Origin: Malacoraja senta
Lineage: Eukaryota
NCBI GenBank assembly: GCA_038087875.1
Contig: CM076000.1
Location: 62,001 to 126,000 of the forward strand
DNA: 64,000 bases
Reading direction: 5' to 3'
A program made the translations under genes and the position numbers. The notes under the pieces are model-generated. The model ran no database searches. It saw nothing but the letters and a program-made list of their open reading frames with translations, and was not told the DNA's origin. Positions 13,370 to 27,078 of this stretch are shown here, piece by piece. The first letter of the stretch is position 1. Every line of letters begins with the position of its first letter.

Positions 13370-16185
13370 GTAAGTAGATGTTGTTGCATTTCACTTGCCT
13401 GGCTTTGGTGATCGGCTTATGAGAATCTTTTGGTAGTGAATACCTGTCCGCACATCGTACTACTATTTGAAATGAATCGTATATCTACTGGTTAGGTTGG
13501 GAATTGGAGAATAAGTTGATTTCAGTTTGTTATATTAAGAACTATATATTTTGTACCTGTATATTCAACATCAGTGAATATATCAAACCAAAATCATGTT
13601 TGTATTTCCTCTGCTTCCAAATATGAACTCAGAATTGTCTCACTTCTGGTCAAGTTGATTCCGTTATAGCTGATCATGCATATACTCGTCTGTATTTAAA
13701 AACAGAGAACAATATAGCACAGGTACAGACAGGCCCTTTGGCTCTCAATATCCCTGCCAAACATAATGCCAAGTTAAACTAACCTCTGGTTGCACATGAT
13801 CCATATCCCTCCATTCTCTGCAAATCCATGTGCCTGGAAAGACGCTTAAATGCCACAGTGGTATCTGCCTCCATTACCACCTCTGGCAGCATGTTCCAGG
13901 CACCCTGTGAAAAAAAAATCCCACACATCTCCTTTTAAACTTTTCCCCTTTCACCCGAAAGCCATGCCCTCGAGTCTTTGACATTTCCACCCTTTGGTAA
14001 AGAGGTTCTGACCATCTACCCTATCTACACCTCTCATAATTGGATATACTTCAAACAGGTCTCCCCTCAACCTCTGATGCTCCAGAGCAAGTAGTTTCTT
14101 ATTCAAATAGTTTCCTTTCTTTGAATCTTCCTGACTCCAATTTGAGTTGCACTATGTACAATTCTAAAGTTTTTTTTCTCTTTCCAAGAAAAATCACACG
14201 GAGAACCCTGATGAGCTTTCTGTTCTCTTACAAACTACTTTTTATTTTTAAGATTCCAAGTTTTTCTCCCATCTAAAAGCTTAAACTTCAGACTTGGAGT
14301 AGCTGTATATGTTTGCTGTAAGTCTGCTCTATTCCAAAATATTAGAACCCAGGTCTCATTCTGTAATTGCTGCAGATTTTTATTCTTTTTGTTTCAGCTG
14401 GTTTCCAGCCAGCGTCATACCCATTGCATTTCTTGCCATTGCGCACACAACACTCGCTTCTCATGTCACAAATGCTACCACTCAGACATTCAAAACTGCT
14501 TATCGCTGCTTCTGCTTGGGTATTGCATGTTGCAAAATTCTTTATTTCTTGATTATGCACCAATTCTTGTTAATTCAAATTTGATTTATTTATAATCGAT
14601 GGGCGGACAGAGTATAAGCATGCTAATGTTTAAAATCTTTCCTCCCTTTTTATTGACTTATTTTGGCCTCTGCCATGTCCTTGCCCATTCCCTTCACTTG
14701 TGTATTCCTCTGAAATCCCCCTACAACTTCTTCATAACCCACACTTGCATGTAACTTTTTTTTATCATCAACGAGTTTCAATATGTTGAGCTTGATCCCA
14801 TCATCAAAATCATTGATCGTGATCCTGAACAACTGTGCTCTAACTTCAAACTTTGCAGTATTCCAGTAGTCACAGCCTGGCAATCCAAAAATTAACCTTA
14901 AATCCCTACTGTTTTCTCTATTAACCTGTCCGCAAAACCATCAGCACGTTAACACCAGGCCTGGGCACTCTTCATTTTGTTCACTAAAATTGTACCTTAA
15001 AAGCCTTGCAAATGTCCAAAAATACCATGGCCTTAGTTCCTGCATTCTATTCTGGCAATTACTACCATAAACTAACGCTTAGCAAATTTGGAAACGTATG
15101 ATTTAATTTTCCTTAGTCCACGTTGACCAGAGATTCTCTTTCTTTACTCTCTTTAACATCAGAGTTACTCCATCTCCTTTTCTATTATTCTTTCTCCTAA
15201 TATTTCAGTCCCAGAATATTTAATACCCAATCTTTGTCACTTAGCAACCATATTTCTGTATTACATTATAGCTATTTATTTCTGTTTGTGCCATTAACTC
15301 GTATCTTGTTATAAATGCTGTGTACATTGAGTTCAAGAGCCATTTTTGTGTTAAGCCATTTATTTTCAGCTGTCACAAATTGAAGTTATTTATGTTTGCT
15401 CTTTATGTGACAATTTTTAACGTCATCCATTTTTCTACACTGCTCCTGCTTTGTTCCTCCTGTTGTACTCTTCTTGCGGTAACTCCGCCATACTCCACTG
15501 TTTGGTTGAAAGCCTTATTGATCGATTCATGAAAACACGGTATCAGTATGATTCAAGGGATGCCGGTACCGATAGGACAAGATCCTCGTTCCCCAGCAGT
15601 GGTGCTACTGCAATGATTTCTACATACTATGGGTTTCTTCATCAACCCCCAATGTACATCAAATACGTCAAAACTCAGAAGAGAGTAATAAAAACATAAT
15701 TTGAAATAACTAGTATCAGCCGTAGCTAAATAGCAGCATTTGTGTTTGAACCCACTCCAGTAATTGGAGCACATAATCTTGATTAATTTCTTCATTGCAG
15801 CACTGTTGATCTGAAGTTACCATAGCAGCCATGTTTCCCAACATTATAGTGATGATTAAACCCAAGCTATTTCAGTGTCGTGAGGCACTGAGATAACAAA
15901 AATGATACCTATCAGATCTCTGGTTTTGTTTTTCTTAAATCTTTGACTTAAATCATTCTACGAAAATAAAATGTATGCCATTCTCTGACTTGCTATGAGC
16001 AGCTCTTTTATTTTCCCCCCTCCCCCTTTTTAATTAGTTTAGGTTACGTATAAAATGAGAGAATAATGCTAAGTCAACGGTATGGTTTCATTGTAATAAC
16101 AGTAATCTGGAGTACTGAAAAAAAAAAAATCTTAAATTCAGTTGTCTGAAATGGAAGCTTTTTACCTTTGTATTTTCTACTTCAG

Positions 16186-16293
16186 GGGTAGCGATGATGT
16201 TCTGACTTCTGAGGATTGTGAAAACGTTTATCACTTGGTTTACTCGGCTCATCGACCAGTTGCTGTGGCTGCAGGGGAATTTCTTTACAAAAA
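16186..16293 (+). CDS. STAG2: STAG2 exon
   Basis: [36 protein letters not shown]. Confidence 0.95.
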
Positions 16294-17391
16294 GTAAGAA
16301 TCAAAATCTACTTGGACATGTGAAGGAGAGTGTATTTTACTTAGCTCATTGTATCAAGCATATAAAGAACTTAGATCTGTGTTCAATAGAATGAGTGATT
16401 ATCTTTTGGAAACATTTGATCAGATGGGGACATAGTGTAGGTATTAAAACTGTTCCACTCGTCAGAGAATCTCATTGAGATGAGAGGACAGTAGCCATTT
16501 AAAACTGAGGTGTCTGTGTTTCTTGCGGAGGGTATTGATTCACTGGAATTCTCTCTGCAGAGGGTTGGAAGGCTAGATCTGTAGGAATTTAAAGAAGAGG
16601 TAGATGAATCTTTCAAAGATTAAGGCATTTCAGGACTATGGGAACCTCTGAACTAAAAAGGAATTGAGGCCTGCAACAGATTAGGCACAATAGTGCTGAA
16701 TGCTGGGTCCTACTTGCGATACCTGGTTATCTTTATCATATTCTGAATTTCTTATGCATTGTTGCGTTCTCTTTTTTCATATAATGTCAATATATACGAA
16801 AAATTGCAAGACTTTTTATACTTCAATGGCAAAGCATATTTTCCTACATTTTCATTTGATTTTCAATTAGCAGATATCCATAAACTGCACATTAGTATTT
16901 TACTGTCAAATCGGACTCATAATTGAGATTCCATTATTTTAATGAAGGAAGTAGGCTGTTAAATTTGGAGGTTTTTTGTACTGCACGCATGATAAGAGTT
17001 AATTCTCATTAAAATCTGTAGGAGGGAAGTATTGGACCTAAACTTACAGCTCTCTTGTATAATTAAAGATTCTATTGCAACCACCACTGTTATCAGAATA
17101 ACTTGAAACAGAAGTTACTGTTTCTTATTCTTTTGGTAATTGTAAAGGGACATGTATTTGAAGAAATCTTGATGTCCCGTTTTGTTTGCAAATGTCATTT
17201 AAAATTAGATGAATGGAATAAAATTTCTCCGTTAAAGGAGAAGTCCAAATAGTTTTCAGTTTCAATTGAACTACTGATTTTTGGTCACGAGTTTCTTGAT
17301 GCGTTGCTCATGCAGAAAGTTAAGGGAATGTGTTTTTCCACTCATTTTATTTTATTGTCTGCATCCAAACGTTTCATGTTTCAGGTAGGTA

Positions 17392-18838
17392 GGAGATCAG
17401 GTAGGTTAAGGTGGACTGAGAATAGGTGTTCAGTGAAACGATCGCCGAGACCAAGCGCAGGCTCGGCGATCGTTTCGCTGAACACCTTCGCTCAGTCCAC
17501 CTTAACCTACTTGATCTCCCGGTTGCTCAGCACATTAACTCACCATCCCATTCCCAATCTGGCCTTTCTGTCCTGGGCCTCCTCCATTGTCAGAGTGAGG
17601 TCCAGTGCAAATTGGAGGAACAGCACCTCATATTTCGCTTGTTTAAGAAAGAACTGCAGATGCTGGAAAAATCGAAGGTAGACAAAAAAGCTGGAGATAC
17701 TCAGCGGGTGAGGCAGCCTCTATGGGGCAAAGGAATAAGCGACGTTTCGGGTCAAGACCCTTCAGATCTCGGGTGGGGGGGGGGGGGGGAAATAAAGGAA
17801 GAGGCGGAGACAGTAAGCTGTGGGAGAGCTGGGGCGGGGAAGGAAGGAGCAAGCAAGAACTACCTGAAATTGGAGAAGTCAATGTTCATACCGCTGGGGT
17901 GTAAACTATCCAAGCGAAATATGAGGCGCTGTTCCTCCAATTTGCGGTGGGACTCACTCTGGCCATGGAGGACGCCCAGGACAGAAAGGTCAGATTCGGA
18001 ATGGGAGGGGGAGTTGAAGTGCTGAGCCACCGGGAGATCAGGTTGGTTATTGCGAACTGAGTGGAGGTGTTGGGCGAAGCGATCGGCAAGCCTGCGCTTG
18101 GTCTCACTGATGTAGAGCAGTGATCCTCTGCCTCACCTGGAAAGACTGCTTGGGTCCTTGGATGGAGTCGAGGTGGGAGGTAAAGCGACAAGTGTAGCAT
18201 TTCCTGCAGTTGCAAGGGAAAGTACAGGGGAGGGTGTGGTTTGGGTGGGAAGGGACGAATTTCTTGTCCTGTGCCTCCTCCATGGCCAGAGTGAGGCCCA
18301 CCGCAAATTGGAGGAACAGCACCTCATATTTTACACCCCAGCGGTATGAACGTTGACTTCTCCAATTTCAGGTAGTCCTTGCTTTCTTCTTCCTTCCCCA
18401 CCACATCCCAGCTCTCCCACAGCCCACAGTCTCCACCTCTTCCTTTCTTTTTCCCGCCCCTACCCCCGACATCAGTCTGAAGAAGGGTCTCGACCCGAAA
18501 CGTCGCCTATTCCTTCGCTCCATAGATGCTGCCTCACCCGCTGAGTTTCTCCAGCTTTTTTGTCTACCTTCATATTTGGCTTAGGTAGTTTACACCCCCA
18601 GCAGTATGAACGTTGACTTCTCTAACTTCAAGAAGCCCTTGCTTTCTCTCTCTCTCTCTCCATCCCCTACCCCTTCCCAGTTCTCCCACTAGTCCTACTG
18701 TGTCCGACTACATTCTATCTCTGTCCCGCCCACTCCCCTGACATCAGTCTGAAGGGTCTCGACCCAAAACATCACCCATTCCTTCTCTCCAGAGATGCTG
18801 CCTGTCCCGCTGAGTTACTCCAGCATTTTGTGTCTACC
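17392..18838. mobile_element. nested, inverted Penelope-like (PLE) fragments
   Basis: GIY-YIG C-terminus (ETKRRLGDRFAEHL...KLEEQHLIFRL); inverted pLTRs; inner copy 17641-18570 flanked by catattt(c/g)gctt. Confidence 0.88.
18477..18504 (+). ncRNA. minimal type I hammerhead ribozyme core in a PLE pLTR
   Basis: CTGAAGA-A-GGGT CTCG ACCC-GAAAC-GTC. Confidence 0.7.
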
Positions 18839-18982
18839 GTAGGTTTGAAAGTTCCCTACTTTGTTGTGCCTAAGGCTATTTGATGGCAATAAATGTGAAC
18901 ATGAATGGGGGGAATAATTGAATATAAGTTTAAATTATTTAAAATATTTTGTATTCTATTCTAATAATTTATTATTTTTAAG

Positions 18983-19097
18983 ACTTTTCAGTCATCGAGA
19001 ACCTGATTCTGATGAAGTGGCAGTGAAAAGGAAAGGAAGACAAAGCCCAAATGCAAAGCTTATCAAGACACTGGTGTTTTTCTTTCTAGAGAGTGAG
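18983..19097 (+). CDS. STAG2: STAG2 exon
   Basis: LFSHREPDSDEVAVKRKGRQSPNAKLIKTLVFFFLESE. Confidence 0.93.
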
Positions 19098-19469
19098 GTA
19101 GGCTGCCATCTGTGCTTACATTACACTCCATAAACCAAGAGAAACCTTTAGTGTGTGTGTGTGTATATGTGTGTGTGTGTTGTTTACTAAGAATTTTTAT
19201 TTGGTTTGCTTGATTTCATCCCAATAATTCTTTTTTTGCAAGATCATATCAGTTATGCCATCTTATATTTTGCTTTAATTCAGTTTGGGGTGGGGGGAGC
19301 TCCTTGTCCATTTGTGCTGACAGCAAATCCATCTAGTCAATAAGGATAGGAATTCAGTTATTTGCAGTTGCTGCTTCACATTGGTCAATGCAGCCTAAAT
19401 GATTTCATCTAAAAATTTTTGTGACTGCCTTCTTCGGGTGGTCTTATTTCCCTAATGGTATAAACACTA

Positions 19470-20004
19470 AGGGGCTGTCCCACTTGGGCGACCTAATTGG
19501 CGAGTTTAGAAGAGTTTGAAAAAATGACATGCTGAAGACCTCCTTCGACTATATTGAAGACCTCCTTCGACTATGTTGAAGACCAGCTTCGACTAGCTAC
19601 GGCTAGCTTACGACTAACTTCAGGAAAATTGGACACCAAACAGTGGAGAGTGAAGACGACCTCCTTCGACCTCCCTTCGACTATGATGAAGACTATCTAC
19701 GACTACCTTTGACTACCCTCGATTACCCATGACTAACATGCCGACCTACTACGACCTACTAAACCTACGAGTAAAAAAAGTGTCGATTTTACCATGATGA
19801 CCTTATTTACTCGCGGCCATTTTTTAACATACTGGAAAAAACGCCGTGACCTAGCTGAGGCCTCGAGTACGCGGAGACCACTCTCGAGCATGAAGGATAG
19901 TTACGAAGACCTCCTGCGACCTCGTGTCTACCATGCTGCGAGTATGAGTCGAGGGCAAATTCGCCAGAACTCGCGGATTAGGTCGCCCAAGTGGGACAGG
20001 CCCT
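19470..20004. mobile_element. PIF/Harbinger-like MITE
   Basis: 28-bp TIR aggg(g/c)ctgtcccacttgggcgacctaat; internal gaagacctccttcgactat and cgacta micro-repeats; flanks cta and taa. Confidence 0.75.
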
Positions 20005-20534
20005 TAACTTGCACTCAGCACTCGGCAGTTTTTTTTTTGCCCTTCCAATTTGTGATTGCTAAATTACTCGTATGCAAGTGATTTCCAGAGTTCCATACCA
20101 GTGAAGTCCTAATGTCTGTCAGCATACTGCAGTTTTGCATTAAACCTTTAAGCACCAGGCTCTTTATATACAGCTTTATATTTCCACCTGGACATGCAGT
20201 GCGAAATTTGCTTTTGCTTCCCATGGAAAAAAGCTATGTCTTTACCATATTTGCACCAGGCAAGCAATGGGGGGGGGGGGGGGGGGAGGAGGGGATGTGA
20301 AATTATAATGACAAATTTTGTATTTTGTTCTTGGATAAGTATTTTTAATAATAATAATTATACGTTTTATTTATGGGTGCCTTTCAGAATTCTCAAGGAC
20401 ACCTTACAGATTATAACAAGCAAATTACAAACATATAAACAAAATGAAACAAAACAAGAAGTAGTAGGGACAGCAACAATACACAATTCAAAGAGAGAGC
20501 AGCGGCAGCTAGTCGCGCCAGCGTTCACTCTCAC

Positions 20535-22230
20535 TAGGAATGTTACAAAATTTTGAGATTTTAAAAATCAAGCGTGTAATTTATCCCATCAGATAAAGCA
20601 TATAATGAACTTTAATTTGATACCTAATTTACTTTCATATCTTTAGTATTATAAAAGTTATGGTCATCTTCATACTCGGAAATAAGCATCTTGTTCCCTA
20701 TTGCTTTTCCATTAACACAAAAGCTGTGATCGAGGACAGTCAAGAGCCCATAACGTTCCTAAAAATTAAGAGAACTGAATGAAATTTTCAGTTATTATAG
20801 ATTGAAGCATTCTGAAACAAATATGAAACATCTTACTTGGATGACCTGAAATTATAGCATATAATTAGCTAGTTACCTAATTGTAGCTAATTACAAAATT
20901 GACCGTTGTGACGGAAATAGTAATAAACACCAAGACTGCCTTGAAATTTCAAAAATGTGGTATTCTCAAGATCAGAACTTTAATATTATTGTATTATATG
21001 CTGTAAGTCCGTAACAGATTGGTGAAGAAATTACAATTTCTAGCAATAGACCAAGTCTTTATGGAGAAGATCAGTTGCCAGCTGGTTCATTGGCATATCA
21101 TAATCAGTAGCATCATCATACTCCTCAGATTGTAACCAATAAGCAACTCTGTACACCTTGTTTTTCCTCAACTTTTCAATTTTGGCATTGTAAACTACAA
21201 GTCTTTGGTCTTCAAACCTCGCATTACACGCCTTTCTGCCCAATACTTTCCCATTAAGAATGTCCTGCAGATCATCACATTTGGAGTAGTCCAAATTCGG
21301 ATAATCTCTGCGAATTCTGTCTAAATCAGTCTCTTTTGCTGGGCATTTGGATTGACAATTTTGCATTTCTTCTTCGGAGACATCTGTTTAAAATGTAAAG
21401 AAAGAAAAACACTGAACAGCATTAACAGAAACAAGTTATTATTTGCAGTTTTAGAAAAAAAGGTAGAAATGATAAAGTTAAACCCTAAAACAAATAGTAA
21501 ACACCCAACAAAAAAATTCATATTCATCAGTTTCATCAAATCAATTAAATGCATCCAATCAATTAAATTCATCTAAATTCAATTACTAGATCTAAACATC
21601 TATCCATTTCTTAAGAAGGCTACGTTTTTAAATGTGTAAGTATCCAAATAACAAACTGATCCCATTCACACAAGAATTCACAGTATAACATGATTTTTAA
21701 ATCTCACTTTGTCATGAATTTATATGCCAAATGGAAGAAATGTATTGTTTAATTCCCATGAATTAATCCAGAAACATCCACTCTCAAGATAATCAAAATC
21801 ATTATTTTTTGCACAATACATCTGACTAAAACTGTACTGTGGATATTTAGTATGAAAATATTGATCATGGATGGACAATAGCACAAAATATAGATGCTTT
21901 AGATGTTCTTATGACAAGATTGTGCAAACAAATAATGAATTTGATTATCTTGAGAATGGATGTTTCTGGAATGTGATCGATTGGAATGTTGCCGTTGCCA
22001 TAAATTTAAGCCCATATCGGCAGGCAAGACACGGCCGATTCGTATGTGGGTCTAAATAACATTTTTCGCATCATAAGATTAAAATGAAGCCACACCAAAA
22101 AGCAAAACGACATACCTTTTGTTTTGTCCTGATATTGCGATCCCCCCCCCCCCTCTCAAAGACTGGAATCGCACGCACAGGCAGTGGCAGAGCTGGAGTG
22201 CCGCTGATGGTAGGTTTTGTAACAACGCTA
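20535..22230. mobile_element. TIR-bounded putative DNA transposon, superfamily uncertain (TAG..CTA ends)
   Basis: taggaatgttacaaaa ... ttttgtaacaacgcta (13/16 match); no TSD found. Confidence 0.55.
21040..21383 (-). CDS. putative element-borne ORF/exon, ~110 aa, tentatively Spindlin/Tudor-like
   Basis: ORF 21040..21366 has protein-like composition and is preceded on the minus strand by a polypyrimidine tract plus CAG acceptor (21386-21384). Confidence 0.45.
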
Positions 22231-22464
22231 CTTAATAGTATGGGGTGTGTGCTGAGATTCTTTATATTGAAGGATGTCTACTTCCTAAACAGGCAAACTT
22301 AGTGTTCAGATTTTCATTTCAAATGAGTGAAAGGAGAAATGAGAATATAGATACATGTTGGAGATGTTGCACTTAATTGTACGATGATTCTTTTGGATGC
22401 TTTATTTGTATTGCATTGAAATCCCATGATTGGATTTAATCATGCTTTATTTTTCCATTGCCAG

Positions 22465-22582
22465 CTGCACGAGCATGCTGCTTACCTTGTAGATAGCATG
22501 TGGGATTGTGCACCAGATTTACTCAAAGATTGGGAATGCATGGCTAGCCTACTTTTAGAAGAACCACTCAATGGGGAAGAAG
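22465..22582 (+). CDS. STAG2: STAG2 exon
   Basis: [39 protein letters not shown]. Confidence 0.95.
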
Positions 22583-23825
22583 GTAAATTTTATATTTAAA
22601 CTTGCCTTTTCTTACGCTGGATAAATTATTGAAGCTCAGAAGTAAAAAATAACTTAAATAGAATATATTGAAAAAGACAATTGTTCTTAATTATAATGCT
22701 TCAAATATGATGTACTATGCTCACATATTGTACAAGATATACACTCAGTGGCATTTATGTGTCAATATAATCATGTTCCAAGTTGTTTTGAACTGTACAG
22801 AGCAGTTAGGTTCCATGTTAATGTGTATCATGTGGTATAACATTGACAATTGAAAATATAGACGATGTCCCTTGGTTTAGAATAGTGTAGAATAGCCTTG
22901 ATATGTCATTGTTCCTGATCTAGCCCATCACAGTGTTCTCATCTGCAAATGTAGATGGAGTTAGAGTTGAATTTGGCCACAGCCGTGAGTGTATAGGAAG
23001 TATAGTAGGGAACTGAGAAACACATCCTTGCGGGGCACCAGTCTCAACAGTTATTGTGGAGGAGGATATGTGGGAGATGCTTGATTACTGCTGGTTTTCA
23101 AAAATAGTTGTGCAATTATCCAATGACAACATCGATTCTTAGGTGTGAGAGCGTACGGAAACTTAAGTCCTATCTGTCAAAAATATTAAGCTGCCATTTT
23201 TCAATTTGACTCGTCAGTAATTGGGGATAACTGAGGAATAGTTGCTAAATTTGCTGATGATACAATGTAGGTAGGATAGTAAATTATAAAGAGGACATGA
23301 GAGGAGTTAATTAAGTGGGCAAAGGTCTGGCAAATTAAGCATAGTGTGGGGAAATATGCAATTTATTTTTGCAGGAAAGCATGAGAAAGCAGGCTATTAT
23401 CTAGATGGTGAGAGTGCAAACTGAGATGCCAAGGGATTTGAGAATTTAATGGCAAATTATTGCTGCAGTTATGGAAGACGGTGCTATCATATATTTGTAT
23501 TTAAAGCATTCTTATTTAATTGCAACACCAACAAGGACACTTAGGGAGATAACATTTAGTTTGAACTGACTAATTATTTTACACCAAATTGCTGTCAGAT
23601 ACTATAACATATTCTTTACTGCAAAAGTGTTGTATTGCATTGATTTACTTTGCTAAGCATACACCAACTTTGACCATTATTAAAGATTTACATTTTTAAT
23701 TTGTGATAAAACAAAAGGCATCTCTAATTTGATACTGTACTCAATATCAGAAAGCATTGTGTAATGTAACCGTATTTAGTTGAATATTTCTATTCCTGTA
23801 ATTTTTGCTGACATGCAGGAAGTAA

Positions 23826-24380
23826 TGCCCCTGTCCCACTTAGGAAACCTGAACGGAAACCTCTGGAGACTGTGCCCCACCCAAGGTTTCCGTGCGGTTC
23901 CCGGAGGTTTTTATCAGTCTCCCTCATGGTCGAAAGTGGTTTCCGCTTCTTCTATGTTCCGCTGATTATTTCAAAGAATTCAAAACCGGCCACGATTAAA
24001 AATAGGTTGCCGTTTAAAAAATCGGTAATCTTTTAGTCGAAGCCGGTTGCGATGCTAGTTCAAGGTGGTTGCAGGTAGTGGAAGGTAAGACCTTTTTTTC
24101 ACCCAGTTTTATTCCACCAGGGAGGTCTTGCCTTCCACTACCTGCAACCACCTTCAACAAGCATCGCAACCGGCTTCAACTAAAAAATTACAGATTTTTA
24201 AAACGGCAACCTATTTTTAGTCGCGGCTGGTATTCAGATTTTTTAAATAATCGCCGGAACATAGAAGAAGCGGAAACCACTTTCGACCATTAGGGAGACT
24301 GATAAAAACCTCCGGGAACCGCACGGAAACCTTGGGTGGGGCGCAAAGTCTCCAGAGGTTTCCTAAGTGGGACAGGGGCA
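23826..24380. mobile_element. near-fully palindromic PIF/Harbinger-like MITE
   Basis: taa|tgcccctgtcccacttagg ... cctaagtgggacaggggca|tta; arms of about 260 bp with a loop at about 24094-24122. Confidence 0.8.
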
Positions 24381-24599
24381 TTAGCAAGCACGTTTCCTTG
24401 GTGCAGACCTTGGTCAGTGTCAAGGTTTTAATAGCAGTTTGTTATTCCACATATTGCACCCTTTCTGCAACCTGTGAAACATTGCAAAGATCTTGAAACA
24501 ACATTTTTCTGAGGTTGAGTGTTCTTGAAAGTGATTAATAGCAGCAGCTGTTATCTTTACATTCTTTTGTCAATAAGTAACTTACACCTTTTTCCCCAG

Positions 24600-24703
24600 T
24601 GCTGACTGACAGGCAGGAGAGTGCACTTGTTGAAATTATGCTTTGCACAATAAGGCAGACTGTGGAGTGTCATCCTCCGATTGGCAGAGGTTCTAGCAGA
24701 AAG
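24600..24703 (+). CDS. STAG2: STAG2 exon
   Basis: [35 protein letters not shown]. Confidence 0.95.
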
Positions 24704-26985
24704 GTATGGAGATGTAATTCAAAAATCAAAGTTAATCTTTCATGCAAAATTTGTATTTTTATTTTAAATGGAGTATAATTAATTGCCAGATTTGGTATTT
24801 TTAAAAACTGAATAAGTTTGGTGTGTGGTGCCTTAATCCACATGACATTGAAGCTGATGGGTAATTTAGTTCTTCCTTCAATACTATATATTTTTTTAAT
24901 GCAGTAGTTGAAATATCTCTGGTGGGATGCAACTCCTTTGCAGATGGATGTAAAGGGCAATACGAGCAGCTCAAAGTCTAAATGGCCCAACCTAGAATAT
25001 CACTTTGCACAGTAGCTGGCTGAGTGCAAGGACAATAGCTTTGCGGTAATGTCATCGGTTGGCTTATGAATGCTGTCATCTTGGTATAGTTCAACTGACA
25101 CGTGTTTTTCTGCTGTTTGCTCTCCTTGGTGACTCCATAATCAAAATAACCTGCTGGTCGACAGCTAATTGGAGTGCCTTGATCTTCTCATAAAACAATG
25201 CCATAATGGTGTCTAGGAGTCGACATCATCAGTATGCTGGGCTTCTACCCATTCAGTCTGACTTTGTATATTTTACATTGGCTGCAATGGAGGGTGAGAC
25301 ATTGCCCAACGGATTTAGAATAGAACTGGCCAACATCCATGCTTGGGACCAATGGAATCCCCTATCCAGATACAAGCCCTGTACAAGCTTGTATCTGGAT
25401 GCCCACCTCCATTTTCACATTTTCACCTAAACTTTCTGGCAAAGCACTGAATATCATGTTGTGCGTGCCCACCAGAATGCATCTTCATGCTCTTCATCTG
25501 ATCTAGAACTCATGTCATCAAGTCATTTGATATAAAAAAGACAAAGCGATGGAGGTCAGTGTCCATGGAGAGAGAAGCAGAATTAAAATTTCGTATTAAT
25601 GACCCTGCATCAGAACTGGGAACATTTAGAAAAAGGACTTGTTCTGTGTTGCAGGAAGGGGGACAGGCAGGGTGAAGAAAAGGAATACTGTGGGGGTGAA
25701 AACCAAGATAAAATTGATAAATTCCTGGTGACTGAATTATGGTATAAATACTTTATGGCACTTAATTTGTCTGGAGAAGGTATAGGTAGAGTAGAGATTA
25801 ATATTTAAGAATGAGCAATGCTGAAACTAAGATGCAACCTACAATGCTGGAAATATTAAATAAAAGAATATGCTGGGAAAGCATCTGTCAGACAAGACCT
25901 GTGGTGAGAGAAAAACTGAGTGACATTAGAACTTGTCAGGTATTGAAAAGCAAAAAACAAAACTTACTGATGTGGAGATCTAATGTACAAAAGACAGAAA
26001 TGCCAGAAACACTTTACCAAGCAGCATCTACGGGGAGAGAAATTAAACCAGTGCACCAGATTTATGATCTGCCCCATTACAACCTTCCACCAAATAGTAA
26101 CCAAAAACATAATCCTGTTCTTCTTGCCACCAAGCCTCCGAAAAGCTCCCTACATTCACCTGTTCTGTCGGAATGGCCAGTTCCAATTCAAACTGGAGGG
26201 TAATCTGAAATTGTGAATTTATTGTTGAATCCTGGGAACTGGAGCATGCTGAGATGGAAGATGCGACGTTGTTCTTTTTCCTTGCATTGGCTATTGTTAG
26301 AATCATATACAAGGTCAAAAGACGGAGCACAAATGCGACGGAGAATTGGTGATCCGAAGGGACAGTTTCCAGCCTGTATTATCTCTAAACTAAACATTAA
26401 ATGTATTAAAAGGACTTGGGCACTTAATGGGAGCATTATTTTAAAAATTAACAATGTGACCCAAACATAGATACTGGGATTGCAATGCGAAGAACTTTAG
26501 TGGGCCTTACATTAGATAGGTGCAGGAGTAGGCCATTCGGCCCTTCGAGCCAGCACCACCATTCGATGTGATCATGGCTGATCATCCACAATCTACCCTA
26601 TTCCTGCCTTCTCCCCATATAATAGACAATAGATTCTATGGATGTTTAGGAGACAAGCAATTTCATTGTGTTGCTACTCTATATTGAATGAACCTTTAAT
26701 TTGAGTTGCACACTTTTAATGCTGAAGAATGATATTCACAAAGTTGTATTTCTCTAGTGATGGACAATATGGCAATAGATTTTATAAAAGTAAATTTCAA
26801 GTTAAGAGGAAATTTTTGTTATTGTTTACAATCTTTATTTTTGCTTAATTTGCTGCTTTTATGCACATTTTTAGTACTTTGCATTTCAAGATTAGTAGAG
26901 AGAACTGGAAAGAGTGCAGGTAAAGAATTTAGAAAATGTTAATGTGGAATCAGTAATGATGGTGTTTTAAATCTGCTATTATTAG

Positions 26986-27078
26986 GTATTGTCTGCAAAA
27001 GAGAAAAAAGGTCAATTGGATGATCGTACTAGAATTACGGAACAGTTTACGACCGTTCTTCCACAGCTCTTGGCAAAG
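26986..27078 (+). CDS. STAG2: STAG2 exon
   Basis: [31 protein letters not shown]. Confidence 0.94.

Noticed and set aside
19531..19760. gaagacctccttcgacta repeats resembling a CRISPR array
   Set aside because: Irregular, no unique spacers, no cas genes; lies inside a eukaryotic MITE.
25550..26360. 130-aa ORF 25811..26203 and neighbouring ORFs
   Set aside because: The region looks like an old Penelope relic (as does about 62130-63240); the ORFs have no credible homology.
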